Of a stretch of 64,000 nucleotides of DNA, positions 19,184 to 29,382 are shown one piece after another (position 1 is the first letter of the stretch; each line of letters starts with the position of its first letter). The position numbers were made by a program, and so were the translations under genes. This DNA comes from Alphaproteobacteria bacterium (lineage in GTDB: Bacteria > Pseudomonadota > Alphaproteobacteria > SP197), in contig OZ219747.1 in assembly GCA_964291265.2 (NCBI GenBank), forward strand, positions 2,112,001-2,176,000, in the 5' to 3' direction. Below the pieces are notes generated by a model that saw only the letters and a program-made list of their open reading frames with translations, did no database searches and had not been told where the DNA came from.

Positions 19184-22100
19184 TCACATGGAGAACCCGC
19201 GGCTCCGGGATCGCGACTGCTCCTGCCTTTGCTCCTCGCGCCGCCGTTCCATCCGCACGCTGTCATCGGGTGGACCATAAGCCTTCCTGATCTCCTCGAA
19301 GGCGGCCATGGCCTCGGCCATGTCACGAGCCGTCGCGCTGCCGTCGGCAAGCACCTCGCCGTAGGCTCCTTCACGCCCGAGAACCCGGCGAGCGTTCCAG
19401 GTCCAGCTCTGGGTCGCATCGTGCCAGTACTTGTATGCTGCGCTCTGGTGGAGAGCGAGACCCTCCTTCCCGGCTTCCGTGGCAAGCGACCGAGCGCGCC
19501 GATGAAAGTGATCGATCTTGCCTGCAAGGCGCCTGACCTCGGCTTTCACCTCATTGCGCCTGTCCTCGTCGTAAGTCTCCTGCCACAGCATCCGGCAGCG
19601 GGGATCGTCCGCCTCGAGTCTGCGGTAGAGCGCCGTCATTTCGGGGATGATGTCCTTCCAGGCCGGCGTCTGTGTGGGATGGACGCCCCGGCGGTCAGCC
19701 TCCTCGGCGTTGTCGTGGAGACGCAACAGCAGCCAGCCCGGAAGGGTGTCGCGTTTGTTTCTCTTCGCGATCATGCGCTCGACGCGGGAGACGAGAGCCC
19801 GGGCGCCCTCGGTCCCGTCGAGGTGGTGTGCGAGGGCGGGACTCTTCAACTCCCCGATCACCGGCGCCAGCGTCTCCGCCTCCTTCCGCCAGCGTTTCCA
19901 TCTCCTGTTCCAGCGTCGATTGAGCGGCCTGTCGCGTGATCCCTCCCGCTCCAGCAGTACCCTGCGGTCGCGGTCGAGGGCGCTCACGGACGCCAGGAGC
20001 GTTTCCACCCGTTCCCGCTCCCGGGCATGGGTGTCGGCCTCCTTGAGAGCCCGGGCGAGCGCCTGGGGAAGCACGGCGTCCTGGGGAGCCTGATCCTTCA
20101 GGCGTCGGATGGCTGCCAGGATCCGGCCGGCATCAGGGTGACCGAAGGCATCGCCGCCGGTCCGCCCCGCGTCATCGGCATGGTGGCGCCAGGTCTCGAC
20201 GAGGGCGTTGGCCTCGGTGTCGAAGGCGACGAGAGCCTCGAGGCGTTCTGCATCCCGCCATGTCGTCGCGCCCGTCGCGCCCGCCGCACCGGCTTTCCAG
20301 TCCGCGATCGCCGATCGGGTCTCCCGGCGCCATGTCTTCCATGCCGCCAGCGACGCGAGCGCCTGGCCCTCGGATGCGTACTGCAGTCGCTGACGCTCCT
20401 GCAGCGCCCGGGCAATTGCCTGTGCCGCCAGGACAGGATCGGGCGCCGGGGGTGGTGGAGTCGCGATCGATGGTGAGGATACCTCAGCGGGTGGCGGCGC
20501 CGGTCTGACGGGCCGCGGCGCCGGCGTTGCCGGCTGACGCGTTGGCGGAGTTGCCGGTGGACCGGGAGCCGGTGCCGGTTCTCGCGTCATCGTCGGCGTC
20601 CGCTCTGGCGCAGGCTTCCGTGCGGAAGGCGGGGAGGCCGCCGGTGCCGGACGCGGAGCGGGCGCCGTCGTCGCCGGCTGGCGCGTTGGCGGATCTACCG
20701 TTGGACCGGGCGCCGGTGCCGGTCCTCGCGTCATCGTCGGCGCCCGTTCCGGTGCAGGCTTCCGTGCGGGAGGCGGGGAGGCCGCCGGTGCCGGACGCGG
20801 AGCGGGCGCCGGCGTTGCCGGCTTGCGCGTTGGCGGAGTTGCCGGTGGAGCGGGCGCCGGCGCCGGTCCTCGCGTCATCTTCGGCGCCCGTTCTGGCGCA
20901 GGCTTCCGTGCGGCAGGCGGGGAGGCCGCCGGTGCCGGACGCGGAGCGGGCGCCGGCGTTGTCGGCTGGCGCGTTGGCGGAGTTGCCGATGGACCGGGCG
21001 CCGGCGCCGGTCCTCGCGTCATCGTCGGCGCCCGTTCTGGCGCAGACTTCCGTGCGGAAGGCGGGGAGGCCGCCGGTGCCGGACGCGGAGCGGGCGCCGT
21101 CGTCGCCGGCTGCGCCTTCTTCACACCCGTCACCGGCCCAGGTTGCGCCTCCTGCTTCTTCCGTTCCGCGCGCCATGCGTCACGGCGTTCCATGAAGTCA
21201 GCAAGGACCCGGGGTAGGGGTTCTCCATCGAGGATTCTCAAAGTCATGTTGTTGATGCAGTCCATCGCCAGAAGAGAGACATCAAGTCCGGCCTGGGGAT
21301 CGCGCGCGGCTGCCCTGGCCTCGGCCTCGTGCGCTTCCAGGCGGGCGACGAGGTCAACTGCACCATCATCCAGGTCGAAGGCCCGGCCAAGCCGAGCTGC
21401 GTCACGATCAGCCACGTCGCTCAGCGCACCATCGCGCCGCTGCCAGGCATCGACTGCGGCTTCGGCTCGCTTCCGCCAGCTGGCATAGGCGGCAAGCGAG
21501 GAAATCAGACGGCCCTCGGCCTCGGCAACCAGCGCCCGGCGTTCCTCGATCGCGGCAGCAAGACCTTCGACGACATCGTCACCTGATATGTGGTCGCCTG
21601 CAGGGGTCTCTGCCGGCGCCTCGGCGGCATCGTGATCCGTGGCGGGCATCTGCGGGGCCTCTCCGGATTGCGGCCTCTCCGCATGCGCCACGGCAAGCAA
21701 CTCCTCCTCGCTGAACAGAAGATCCAAGGCATCGGTGCCCGTTGTCGTCTCGTAACGGCGGACAAGGTCGTCCAGATCCCAGGGCAGTCTGGCGTAAGGC
21801 GGCGCTTCGCTGCCAACCAGGACCACATGCTGCACCAGTTCTCTGGCATCCGGGCTCAGGAGAGAATCCTCGTCGGGTTCTCCTTCCTTCGCGACATGAC
21901 GCCGGAGCTTCTCCACGAGTTCCAGAACATCGTTGTCGAAGGCAAGCAGGCCTTGCAGGGTCTCTGCTGTCTCCGTCCAGTCGATACGGCCTGCCACCTC
22001 GCCACCGATGTCGAGAGCGGCCGTCGTTCTCTCCTTCCATGCCGCATACCCGTCCATGCCGGAAAGGGGTGCGCCGTCAGCCGCGTCCTCGAGGCGAAGG

Positions 22101-24982
22101 CGTTCCTCGAGACACCGGTCGAGGTGGGGTTCAAGGGCGCGAAGCTCCTCCAGTCCCTTGGTCCGTCCGCGGACATCCTGCAGAGCGTCGTCGGAGAGAA
22201 CGGGCTTGGGGAGAACGTCGACCCGTGTTTCCCCTTCTTCCCGGAATTGTCCGCCGATCGCCTCGAGAGCGGAGAGTTCATCTCCCGTCGCCGTCTCGAG
22301 AGCCTCCACCAGAGCATCCCGGTCGTCGGTCAGCAGCACCGCGTTGTCGCGGGCCCGCGTCAGTTCGACGTAGAACGCCGCCTGGCCCGTGATGGCGCCC
22401 TGGTTCGCATCGAGGACAGCGATCACCTGATCGCAGGTCATCCCCTGGGCCGCATGAACCGTCGAGGTCCATGCATGATCGATGAAGTGCAGATGGGGGT
22501 CATCATGAGCCAGGGTCAGTGTGCGGCCGTCGGCGGCCTGAAGCCACAGGCTGCTCTTGCCGATCGAGAGGACCCGCGCCTCCTCGCCGTTGAGAAGACC
22601 GCGTTCCTTGTCGTTGCGGGTCCAGCGGATCCTCTCCCCGGCCTGGAGTTCGATTGGTTCCGTCTCGAAGAGATCGACCCGGTAGCGCAGGTACTTCGAC
22701 GGATCGGCCCGGCGGGTCTTCCCGTCCGGATGCCTGAGCAGGACCTTCTCTCCTTGCGATCCGATGACGCCGAAGATGTCGCCCGACTTCGCCTGGACAC
22801 CGTAGACATCCGCATGGAAGACGGCGATGTCGCCCTCGCGCCAGTTGTCGAGATCCCCTTTCTGGGCCCGGGTGAGGTGGAGATTGACGTAGCGCTCGAT
22901 CTCGAGTGTGCGCCCGTGGAGGTTCCCCTCGGCCTTGAGGCCATCGCGGATGCCCTGCGTGATCTCCCGGCGCCGGGCATGGGTCGGGGCCAGGACCTTC
23001 GTGGCCTTACGCGATTCCCGGTCGAGATCAAGCCACAGGGCCGCGGCCCGTGGTCCGAGTTCGTCCGCGTCCATCTCCAGGACGCCGGGGCCGAGTTCCT
23101 CGATGGCGAGATCCGGCTTGCCCTCGATCATGTGGAGCACCGCGGCCTTCAGGCTCTCGTTGCGCTGCCGCAGGACCTCGTCCATCACCGCCGTCTCCAT
23201 GCCGGCCTTCTGCAGCACCCGGAACGGCTGACCGGCCTCGACCGAGCGCAGCTGCGCCCGATCGCCCACCAGGGCAACCCGGGCGATGCCCGTCGCCTCG
23301 GCGATGCGGCTGAGACCGTGCATCTGCGCCATGCTGATGAGCGACGCCTCGTCCACCACGAGAAGGGTTCCTTCCAGGGCCTCGCGAGCTCGTGCCAGGG
23401 ATTGGATGTCGGCGCAGCCGTCGCCGACATCCCGGTAGCGGGTGAGGAACCACTGCAGCGTCTTCGTGCCGATCCCGGTCTCCCGCTGCAGCGTGCGGGC
23501 CGCACTGCTCGAGGGCGCCAGGGCGACGATCCTGTCGGCCCCGGCCAGTTCGACGACCTGCTTCAACATGGTCGTTTTCCCGGTGCCCGCATGCCCCTGA
23601 ACACCGCAGACATGACGGGAGGACAGCAGCAGGGTGTTGACGGCGGCCTTCTGGCCGTCGTTGAGCGCACCGGCCGCAAGGTGGCGCTCGATGTGGTCGG
23701 CATCGATGGCGAACCGCTCGGGGGCATCACTCTCCTGCTTCATCCAGCGAAGCACCGCGCGTTCGGCCTTCACGGCCCGGTCCGTGACGAAGGCGCAGTC
23801 GGAACGTGCCGCCGTCGCCTCGATGAGGTGACCTTCCCGTCGCAGCCGGCCGATCGCCGCATCGACCTCCTTGAGGGTCCAACGGCCCGGCGCCAGGACG
23901 AGGGCCCGCAGCATGTCGGCCGTGAAGACCGTGCGCCGCTCCTCGATGTGCTCGACCGCCCGGCGGACGGCGTGGAGCGCCGAGGGAGACTGCCGGTTGG
24001 CAACTCCCCGGCGCGCAAGGTGCCAGCGCTCGCGGTCGAGGCGTGTGTGGGATGCCGGGCGGTTGCGGGAGATGTGGCGGTTGCGGGGAGCGCACTCCGC
24101 CATGCGGGCCTTCCAGATGTTGGCGAGTTCCTCGCGCGACGGCTCGTCCTTGCGCTTGCGGGTATAGAGAACCGCCTGTTGCATCACGGCGGCCGACTGC
24201 TCGTCCAGGTTACGCTCCCGGGCCCACGCCACGGCCTGCGCCCGGCGGGTCGAGAAGGCCTCCAGCGTCGCCTTGTCGTAGCCGGCAATCTCGAAACCGG
24301 GCACGCTACCCACCATGGTCTGTTCGGTGGCGTAGCCCAGGGCCTCGATGCGCCGCCTCAACTCCGCCCGGTAGTGAGCGCCGATCAGCAGCTTCGCGCG
24401 CTCGATCCTGATGAAGTCGGCGCTGCGCCACTCGCCATCCGGGTTCCGGGTCATGTTGGCGACAACGCTATGGGTATGAAGCTGCGGGTCGAGGTTGCGG
24501 CTGGCGTAATGGCGGAAGGTCGCCGCCACAAGGCCGTCGGCCTTGATGCGCGGGCGCTTGCGGGTGGCGGGGTCCCATCCCCGGGTCTCCAGCAGCTCCC
24601 TCTCGATGAAGTCAAGTGTCGCGGTCACTGCCTCGTCATGCGCTCGGATGATCCGGGCTGCCGCCTTCGGCGCCGCGTGCACCAGGGCCTCCAGAGAGAC
24701 CGACTTCGGAGCCGAGAAGGTGATGTCGAGGCCCGGACGGTGCTCGTGCCGACCCTTGCGCAGGCGGCCCAGCCGGGTCTTCGTGCCAGGAATGCGCCCG
24801 GAGAGGACTTCCTCGAAGCGCTTCGGCTTGACGGGACCGTGAAGGCCCAGGGCCTCCACGCCCCTGCCATGCCAACGGCTCGCCTTGCGGTGCTCGAGGT
24901 CGTTCTTCGCGTAATATCCATCCACCTCGAAGTAATGGACCGTCGAGGCAGCTTCAGTGAGGCGGGTAACCGTGGCAACCAT
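19184..24982 (-). CDS. MOBF (TrwC-like) relaxase-helicase, 1932 aa, long C-terminal extension
   Basis: YFEVDGYY, DITFSAPKSVS, DPQLHTH (HUH), GHAGTGKTT, VVDEAS, TVHAAQG, YVELTRAR; tail RSRSRGFSM. Confidence 0.9.
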   Translation of the reverse strand: MVATVTRLTEAASTVHYFEVDGYYAKNDLEHRKASRWHGRGVEALGLHGPVKPKRFEEVLSGRIPGTKTRLGRLRKGRHEHRPGLDITFSAPKSVSLEALVHAAPKAAARIIRAHDEAVTATLDFIERELLETRGWDPATRKRPRIKADGLVAATFRHYASRNLDPQLHTHSVVANMTRNPDGEWRSADFIRIERAKLLIGAHYRAELRRRIEALGYATEQTMVGSVPGFEIAGYDKATLEAFSTRRAQAVAWARERNLDEQSAAVMQQAVLYTRKRKDEPSREELANIWKARMAECAPRNRHISRNRPASHTRLDRERWHLARRGVANRQSPSALHAVRRAVEHIEERRTVFTADMLRALVLAPGRWTLKEVDAAIGRLRREGHLIEATAARSDCAFVTDRAVKAERAVLRWMKQESDAPERFAIDADHIERHLAAGALNDGQKAAVNTLLLSSRHVCGVQGHAGTGKTTMLKQVVELAGADRIVALAPSSSAARTLQRETGIGTKTLQWFLTRYRDVGDGCADIQSLARAREALEGTLLVVDEASLISMAQMHGLSRIAEATGIARVALVGDRAQLRSVEAGQPFRVLQKAGMETAVMDEVLRQRNESLKAAVLHMIEGKPDLAIEELGPGVLEMDADELGPRAAALWLDLDRESRKATKVLAPTHARRREITQGIRDGLKAEGNLHGRTLEIERYVNLHLTRAQKGDLDNWREGDIAVFHADVYGVQAKSGDIFGVIGSQGEKVLLRHPDGKTRRADPSKYLRYRVDLFETEPIELQAGERIRWTRNDKERGLLNGEEARVLSIGKSSLWLQAADGRTLTLAHDDPHLHFIDHAWTSTVHAAQGMTCDQVIAVLDANQGAITGQAAFYVELTRARDNAVLLTDDRDALVEALETATGDELSALEAIGGQFREEGETRVDVLPKPVLSDDALQDVRGRTKGLEELRALEPHLDRCLEERLRLEDAADGAPLSGMDGYAAWKERTTAALDIGGEVAGRIDWTETAETLQGLLAFDNDVLELVEKLRRHVAKEGEPDEDSLLSPDARELVQHVVLVGSEAPPYARLPWDLDDLVRRYETTTGTDALDLLFSEEELLAVAHAERPQSGEAPQMPATDHDAAEAPAETPAGDHISGDDVVEGLAAAIEERRALVAEAEGRLISSLAAYASWRKRAEAAVDAWQRRDGALSDVADRDAARLGRAFDLDDGAVDLVARLEAHEAEARAAARDPQAGLDVSLLAMDCINNMTLRILDGEPLPRVLADFMERRDAWRAERKKQEAQPGPVTGVKKAQPATTAPAPRPAPAASPPSARKSAPERAPTMTRGPAPAPGPSATPPTRQPTTPAPAPRPAPAASPPAARKPAPERAPKMTRGPAPAPAPPATPPTRKPATPAPAPRPAPAASPPPARKPAPERAPTMTRGPAPAPGPTVDPPTRQPATTAPAPRPAPAASPPSARKPAPERTPTMTREPAPAPGPPATPPTRQPATPAPRPVRPAPPPAEVSSPSIATPPPPAPDPVLAAQAIARALQERQRLQYASEGQALASLAAWKTWRRETRSAIADWKAGAAGATGATTWRDAERLEALVAFDTEANALVETWRHHADDAGRTGGDAFGHPDAGRILAAIRRLKDQAPQDAVLPQALARALKEADTHARERERVETLLASVSALDRDRRVLLEREGSRDRPLNRRWNRRWKRWRKEAETLAPVIGELKSPALAHHLDGTEGARALVSRVERMIAKRNKRDTLPGWLLLRLHDNAEEADRRGVHPTQTPAWKDIIPEMTALYRRLEADDPRCRMLWQETYDEDRRNEVKAEVRRLAGKIDHFHRRARSLATEAGKEGLALHQSAAYKYWHDATQSWTWNARRVLGREGAYGEVLADGSATARDMAEAMAAFEEIRKAYGPPDDSVRMERRREEQRQEQSRSRSRGFSM
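20516..21112 (-). repeat. In-frame tandem repeat, 4 x 144 bp (48 aa, Pro/Ala-rich) plus a partial unit
   Basis: Unit QPATTAPAPRPAPAASPPSARKPAPERAPTMTRGPAPAPGPPATPPTR; full units span 20537-21112. Confidence 0.9.
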
Positions 24983-25181
24983 GCAAGCTTATCCCCGAGC
25001 GATCGCAATAGAATTGCACAAGGCGTTCACCACACCGCTAGTTGCGACACTGACACCATATGAGTAGACTAATCTAACGAACTGAGCAAGTGGACTAAGC
25101 TTCCTGGCACTCCACGAAATGCAACGTTTTGCAACGCAGAAGTATAGACAAAGACACATTCCACAGTGGGGCGAGATCGCA

Positions 25182-26105
25182 ATGTCAGTGGAAATTCATT
25201 TTGGTGACTGTCTGGCTGTAACACCTGACTTCGAAACGGGATCGTTCAGCCTTGTATACATAGACCCTCCCTTCAACACGGGCCGAAAGCAAAAACGCAG
25301 ACAACTGAAGACGGTGCGAGACAACAACGGTGATAGAACGGGATTTCAAGGAAAGCGATACACAACACGCTGTCTTGGTGAATCATCATTTCACGACTCA
25401 TTCGATGACTACATGGGATTTCTGAAACCGCGCTTGATAGAGGCGAAACGCCTCTTGTCATCGACAGGCTCATTCTTCTTGCACATTGATTACCGGGAGT
25501 CTCATTATTGCAAGGTGTTCTTGGACACCGTTTTCGGACGCGAGTCGTTCATCAACGAGATCGTGTGGGCTTATGATTACGGTGCCAGATCGAAACGCCG
25601 ATGGTCTGCAAAACATGATACGATTTTGTGGTATGCTGTGAACCCGAAGGAGTACACCTATAGATATGAGGACATTGACCGCATCCCATATATGGCCCCA
25701 AATTTGGTAACGCCGGAGAAGGCCGCTCGCGGCAAGACGCCCACGGATGTTTGGTGGCAAACCATAGTCAGTCCAAATGGCAAAGAGAAAACGGGGTATT
25801 CAACACAAAAGCCCATTGCCATTCTGAATCGAATTATAAAGGTGCATAGTAACCCAGGAGACCGTGTTCTTGATTTCTTCGCGGGAAGTGGAACGACCGG
25901 TGAGGCGGCAGTTCGTAATGGTAGAAACGTGGTGTTGGTTGACAACAGTACAGAGGCGATTCGTGTTATGCGCCGGCGACTTGCGTTTGCAGAGCCGATC
26001 ATTCAGGGAGAAATGAAGGATGACGACAATTCAAGACCCGGAGGTCGGAATTCTAGCGACCTACTCGAAAGTACTGCAGTCGGACTACAAGGCCCCGGAC
26101 GATGA
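25182..26105 (+). CDS. Beta-class N6/N4 DNA methyltransferase
   Basis: YIDPPF precedes TQKP and LDFFAGSGTTG; lower GC. Confidence 0.88.
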   Translation: MSVEIHFGDCLAVTPDFETGSFSLVYIDPPFNTGRKQKRRQLKTVRDNNGDRTGFQGKRYTTRCLGESSFHDSFDDYMGFLKPRLIEAKRLLSSTGSFFLHIDYRESHYCKVFLDTVFGRESFINEIVWAYDYGARSKRRWSAKHDTILWYAVNPKEYTYRYEDIDRIPYMAPNLVTPEKAARGKTPTDVWWQTIVSPNGKEKTGYSTQKPIAILNRIIKVHSNPGDRVLDFFAGSGTTGEAAVRNGRNVVLVDNSTEAIRVMRRRLAFAEPIIQGEMKDDDNSRPGGRNSSDLLESTAVGLQGPGR

Positions 26106-26586
26106 CCTATGGAACGGAAGCCCCTTCAACTGGATTCGATCCAGACCATCGAGACAGAAAGGTGCAATTGGTGAGAAGTTGATTGCTGGCTATCTAGCTT
26201 GTAAGGGGCTCGATGTCACTCGTTCGCCTGATGCTGAGGCAGATCGAATCATTGGCGGGAAACGAGCTGAAATAAAGATGAGCACTCTTTGGAAAAACGG
26301 TTCATACAAGTTTCAACAACTGCGCGATCAGAATTATGAGTTCGCGATTTGCCTGGGTATCAGTCCTTATGACGCTCATTGTTGGGTCATACCAAAGACA
26401 GAAATTACTAGCAAGCGGCATTCTATGGCGATCCCGTCTCAGCACGGCGGAAGAGTGGGAAGCGATACGGCATGGCTAACTGTCGATCCCCACGCAGTGC
26501 CCGACTGGTTGACAAAATGGGGCGGACGACTGTCAGATGCCGTGAGATTGATTACCAAGATTACCGAGCAAGAGCCGCTGAAGTGA
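26020..26586 (+). CDS. Putative Type II restriction endonuclease (PD-(D/E)xK-like)
   Basis: KGAIGE...ADR...EIKMS...FQQLRDQ; overlaps the MTase 3' end; same low-GC block. Confidence 0.6.
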   Translation: MTTIQDPEVGILATYSKVLQSDYKAPDDDLWNGSPFNWIRSRPSRQKGAIGEKLIAGYLACKGLDVTRSPDAEADRIIGGKRAEIKMSTLWKNGSYKFQQLRDQNYEFAICLGISPYDAHCWVIPKTEITSKRHSMAIPSQHGGRVGSDTAWLTVDPHAVPDWLTKWGGRLSDAVRLITKITEQEPLK

Positions 26587-26605
26587 ACAAGCGGGTGCGC
26601 CAGGC

Positions 26606-27303
26606 TAAGGAGTCACGCCAAAATAGGTGATTTTTTTGTGTGGATCGGTTGTCCATGGTGTCATGGCAGCGACGGTTGATACGCTGCGATCCAGATTTGT
26701 GGTGTTGCGTCCGTTTCTGAACGAACGTGCGCGGCGCCTGTGGGCGGCGACGGAGGCCCGTGCCATCGGGCGCTCAAGGTATTGAGCGAGTGGCCGAGGC
26801 GACGGGGATGTCGCGTAGCACCGTTCGCGCCGGGCTGAAGGAGCTCGGATCGGACGCGGTCTCGGGGTCTTCGAGTGAGATTCCTTCAGGGCGTTTGCGT
26901 CGCCCCGGCGGCGGGCGCAAGCGGGTGACGGATGTGGATCCGGGTTTGGTGGCGGCGCTGGAGCGCGAGCTTGAACCGATGACGCGCGGCGATTCGGAGA
27001 GTCCGCTGCGCTGGACGTGTCACAGTGCCGCACGGCTGGCGGCCCGCCTTGCGGTCGAGGGTCACCGCGTCAGCGAGCGCACGGTGAACCGGCTACTCCA
27101 CGATCTGGGGTACAGCCTTCAGGCCAATCGCAAGACGCTGGAAGGCCGCCAGCATCCGGATCGGGATGCGCAGTTCCGACGCATTGACCGCCGGGTGCGC
27201 GCGTTCCAGAGGCTGGGCCAGCCTGTGGTGTCGGTCGACACCAAGAAGAAGGAAATCGTTGGCCAGTACCGCAATGGCGGCCGGGAATGGCGCCTCAAGG
27301 GCA
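26606..27303 (+). mobile_element. ISAzo13-family remnant (left end plus frameshifted, truncated transposase)
   Basis: End TAAGGAGTCACGCCAAAATA; LNERARRLWAA, RRPGGGRK, TRGDSESPLRWT, GYSLQANRKT, SVDTKKKE. Confidence 0.8.
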
Positions 27304-27611
27304 ACCCTGGTGTGGCATGGGCGGGCTGGAGCGGTAGGGAGGGTGTCATAACGAGCCAAAAATGGAACATGCGATATTAGATGCATTTATCGCCACATGT
27401 CAAGTGGAATCCGCGCTGAAACAGGCAGAAACACAGGAAAACCATGGATTTCCTGATCGGTGCGATATGCCCCTCAAAAGAGCAGGTCAGGATGTCTGAA
27501 GCTTGCTCCTCCGATGGCAGGTGGGATTACTCTACTTGGCCATGAGGCCTATTGTCTACATGTGGTGATTTCCCGGGGGTTTCCCAGGCAGATTCCAGGA
27601 AAATCGTGCCG

Positions 27612-27640
27612 TTGACACCGTTTCGTCAAGTCCTTACCAT
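27612..27640 (+). promoter_or_regulatory. Sigma70-like promoter with overlapping palindromic operator
   Basis: TTGACA-N17-TACCAT; TTGAC-N8-GTCAA inverted repeat over the -35. Confidence 0.5.
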
Positions 27641-27673
27641 ATTGGCCCGGAACGGAACATCAGAGGACGAGAG

Positions 27674-28165
27674 ATGAGATGTCTTGCACTCGCGGTCGTG
27701 GCGATGGTCGCGGCTCCGGCGGTTGCCGAAGAGGTGAGCGATCGAGCTCGTTTCAACCTATGGAACGATTGCGGAGTTGTAGATCTGGTAGTCGAGACAC
27801 CGTATGGTGACGCTGAAGCGATTGGTCTTCGCAAAGCGGACATTGAAACAACAGTGCGGAGCCGTCTGCGCGGCGCTCGCATTTATAATAGTGGAACCGA
27901 AGACACAGACATGTATCTTTATGTGCACATCAGCGTGGTCAGTTCCGCCTTTAGCCTCACTGTAGAACTTAAGAGGTTGGTTGCCCTGCCCCATTGGTCG
28001 ATCCCGGAAGGGGTGGCCCCGCTCATAGGTTACGCCTCAACGTGGATTGCAGGCAGCACCGGAATGCATGGCGGTGATCCGAATTTCCTCCTATCGGGTG
28101 CGGCTCAATACACAGACAAGTTCATCGATGAATATCTGCGCGTGAATGCCGCTGCGTGCCAGTAG
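27674..28165 (+). CDS. Hypothetical exported protein
   Basis: Signal peptide MRCLALAVVAMVAAPAVA; GAGGA upstream; promoter present. Confidence 0.7.
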   Translation: MRCLALAVVAMVAAPAVAEEVSDRARFNLWNDCGVVDLVVETPYGDAEAIGLRKADIETTVRSRLRGARIYNSGTEDTDMYLYVHISVVSSAFSLTVELKRLVALPHWSIPEGVAPLIGYASTWIAGSTGMHGGDPNFLLSGAAQYTDKFIDEYLRVNAAACQ

Positions 28166-28218
28166 TCATGTCGTTTTGCTCGAAAGTCGAAGTGGAACAC
28201 TATCCCCGGTCCATGTGT

Positions 28219-28247
28219 CTTGACGGGCCCGAAGTTATCCCGTCAAG
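28219..28247. terminator. Hairpin between convergent genes
   Basis: CTTGACGGG-N11-CCCGTCAAG, perfect 9-bp stem, no U tract. Confidence 0.35.
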
Positions 28248-29382
28248 CGGTGGATGACATCCCGAGCAACCCTGAAATCAGCCCGCCAACCCGCTCGGCG
28301 GCGGCTTCGGTTTCACGATCGCCCGTGTGGGCGTAGCGCAGGGTCATGGTCGTCTGCGCGTGACCGAGGAGCCTTGCGACGACGGGAAGCGGCGCTCCCT
28401 GCATGACGGCATGGCTGGCGAATGTATGGCGCAGATCATGGAGCCTGACATCCTCGATGCCGGCCTCCCTGCGGACGACGTACCACAGTGGGAGGTCGTC
28501 GTTGAGCGGCCGTCCGGGATCGCGGGGGGACGGGAAGACGAATGCGCTGTCGCTGGGAAGACGGCGCTCGATGATGGCCCGGGCCGGAGCATTCAGGACG
28601 ACCGTGCGCGGGCCGACCTTACTGTTCTGGAGTCGGAGATTGTTGCCGAGCACCTCCCGCTTCTGCAGGCGGACGATCTCGTTCTTGCGGCACCCGGTGA
28701 GCATGAGAAGCCGGATGATGTCGATCTGCATTCGCCGTGATCGACTGATCCCCTGGAGATTGTCGTGGCGGTCCAGCACGCCATGCAGCCGATGAAGTTC
28801 CTCGCGCGAGAGGAAGCGGGTGAGTTTCCTGCGCGGGTTGGGTTTCACCGACCTTGCCGGGTTCGCTGTGATGTGGCCGCAGGCCATGGCGTGATTGAGG
28901 ATGTGTCGAAGGACCTTCAGGCAGGAATTGGCGCCGCCGGGCGCCGTTCTGCTGTAGTCGTCGAACCAGCGGTGCACCATGGCGGGCGTGATCCGGTCCA
29001 GGCATCGGGAACCGAATGTCGGCAGCAGGCGGGCTTGAAGGCACCTGTCGCGCCACTGGATCGTCCCGGGCTTGCACCGATGGATCCAGGAGTCGCGCCA
29101 TGCGCCGACAGCAAAGTCCCTGAACAACGGGGCCGAAGCCCTGTCGTCGTGACCGGCTGCCAGTCTTTCGAGGCTCTCCTTGCGGGCCACTTTGACCGTC
29201 TTGAAGGCGACCGGACCAAGCGATGTCCTTCTTCCGCCGTCGATGTGAACGAAGCCGCGGCCTCCCGACGGGTGGACCCGAACCCCGAGAGAGGGAACGA
29301 AGGTATCGCGAAGCGTGTACTCCCGGGATCGCGGCTTGAGGTTGTGCACGAGGGTATCCGTCAGCTTCTTCCTGCGGTTCAT
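28243..29382 (-). CDS. Tyrosine recombinase/integrase 2
   Basis: Arm-binding-like N-term; TGCRKNE, RLHDLRHTFAS, LLGH, TLRY. Confidence 0.9.
   Translation of the reverse strand: MNRRKKLTDTLVHNLKPRSREYTLRDTFVPSLGVRVHPSGGRGFVHIDGGRRTSLGPVAFKTVKVARKESLERLAAGHDDRASAPLFRDFAVGAWRDSWIHRCKPGTIQWRDRCLQARLLPTFGSRCLDRITPAMVHRWFDDYSRTAPGGANSCLKVLRHILNHAMACGHITANPARSVKPNPRRKLTRFLSREELHRLHGVLDRHDNLQGISRSRRMQIDIIRLLMLTGCRKNEIVRLQKREVLGNNLRLQNSKVGPRTVVLNAPARAIIERRLPSDSAFVFPSPRDPGRPLNDDLPLWYVVRREAGIEDVRLHDLRHTFASHAVMQGAPLPVVARLLGHAQTTMTLRYAHTGDRETEAAAERVGGLISGLLGMSSTA

Noticed and set aside
20516-21112. CRISPR array
   Set aside because: Contiguous in-frame coding repeats with no unique spacers and no cas genes; the same applies to the RTX repeats.
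21590-25063. Long antisense ORFs (also 6925-9171, 39366-42818, 59580-62165)
   Set aside because: Shadow frames opposite well-supported genes in high-GC DNA, with no motifs of their own.
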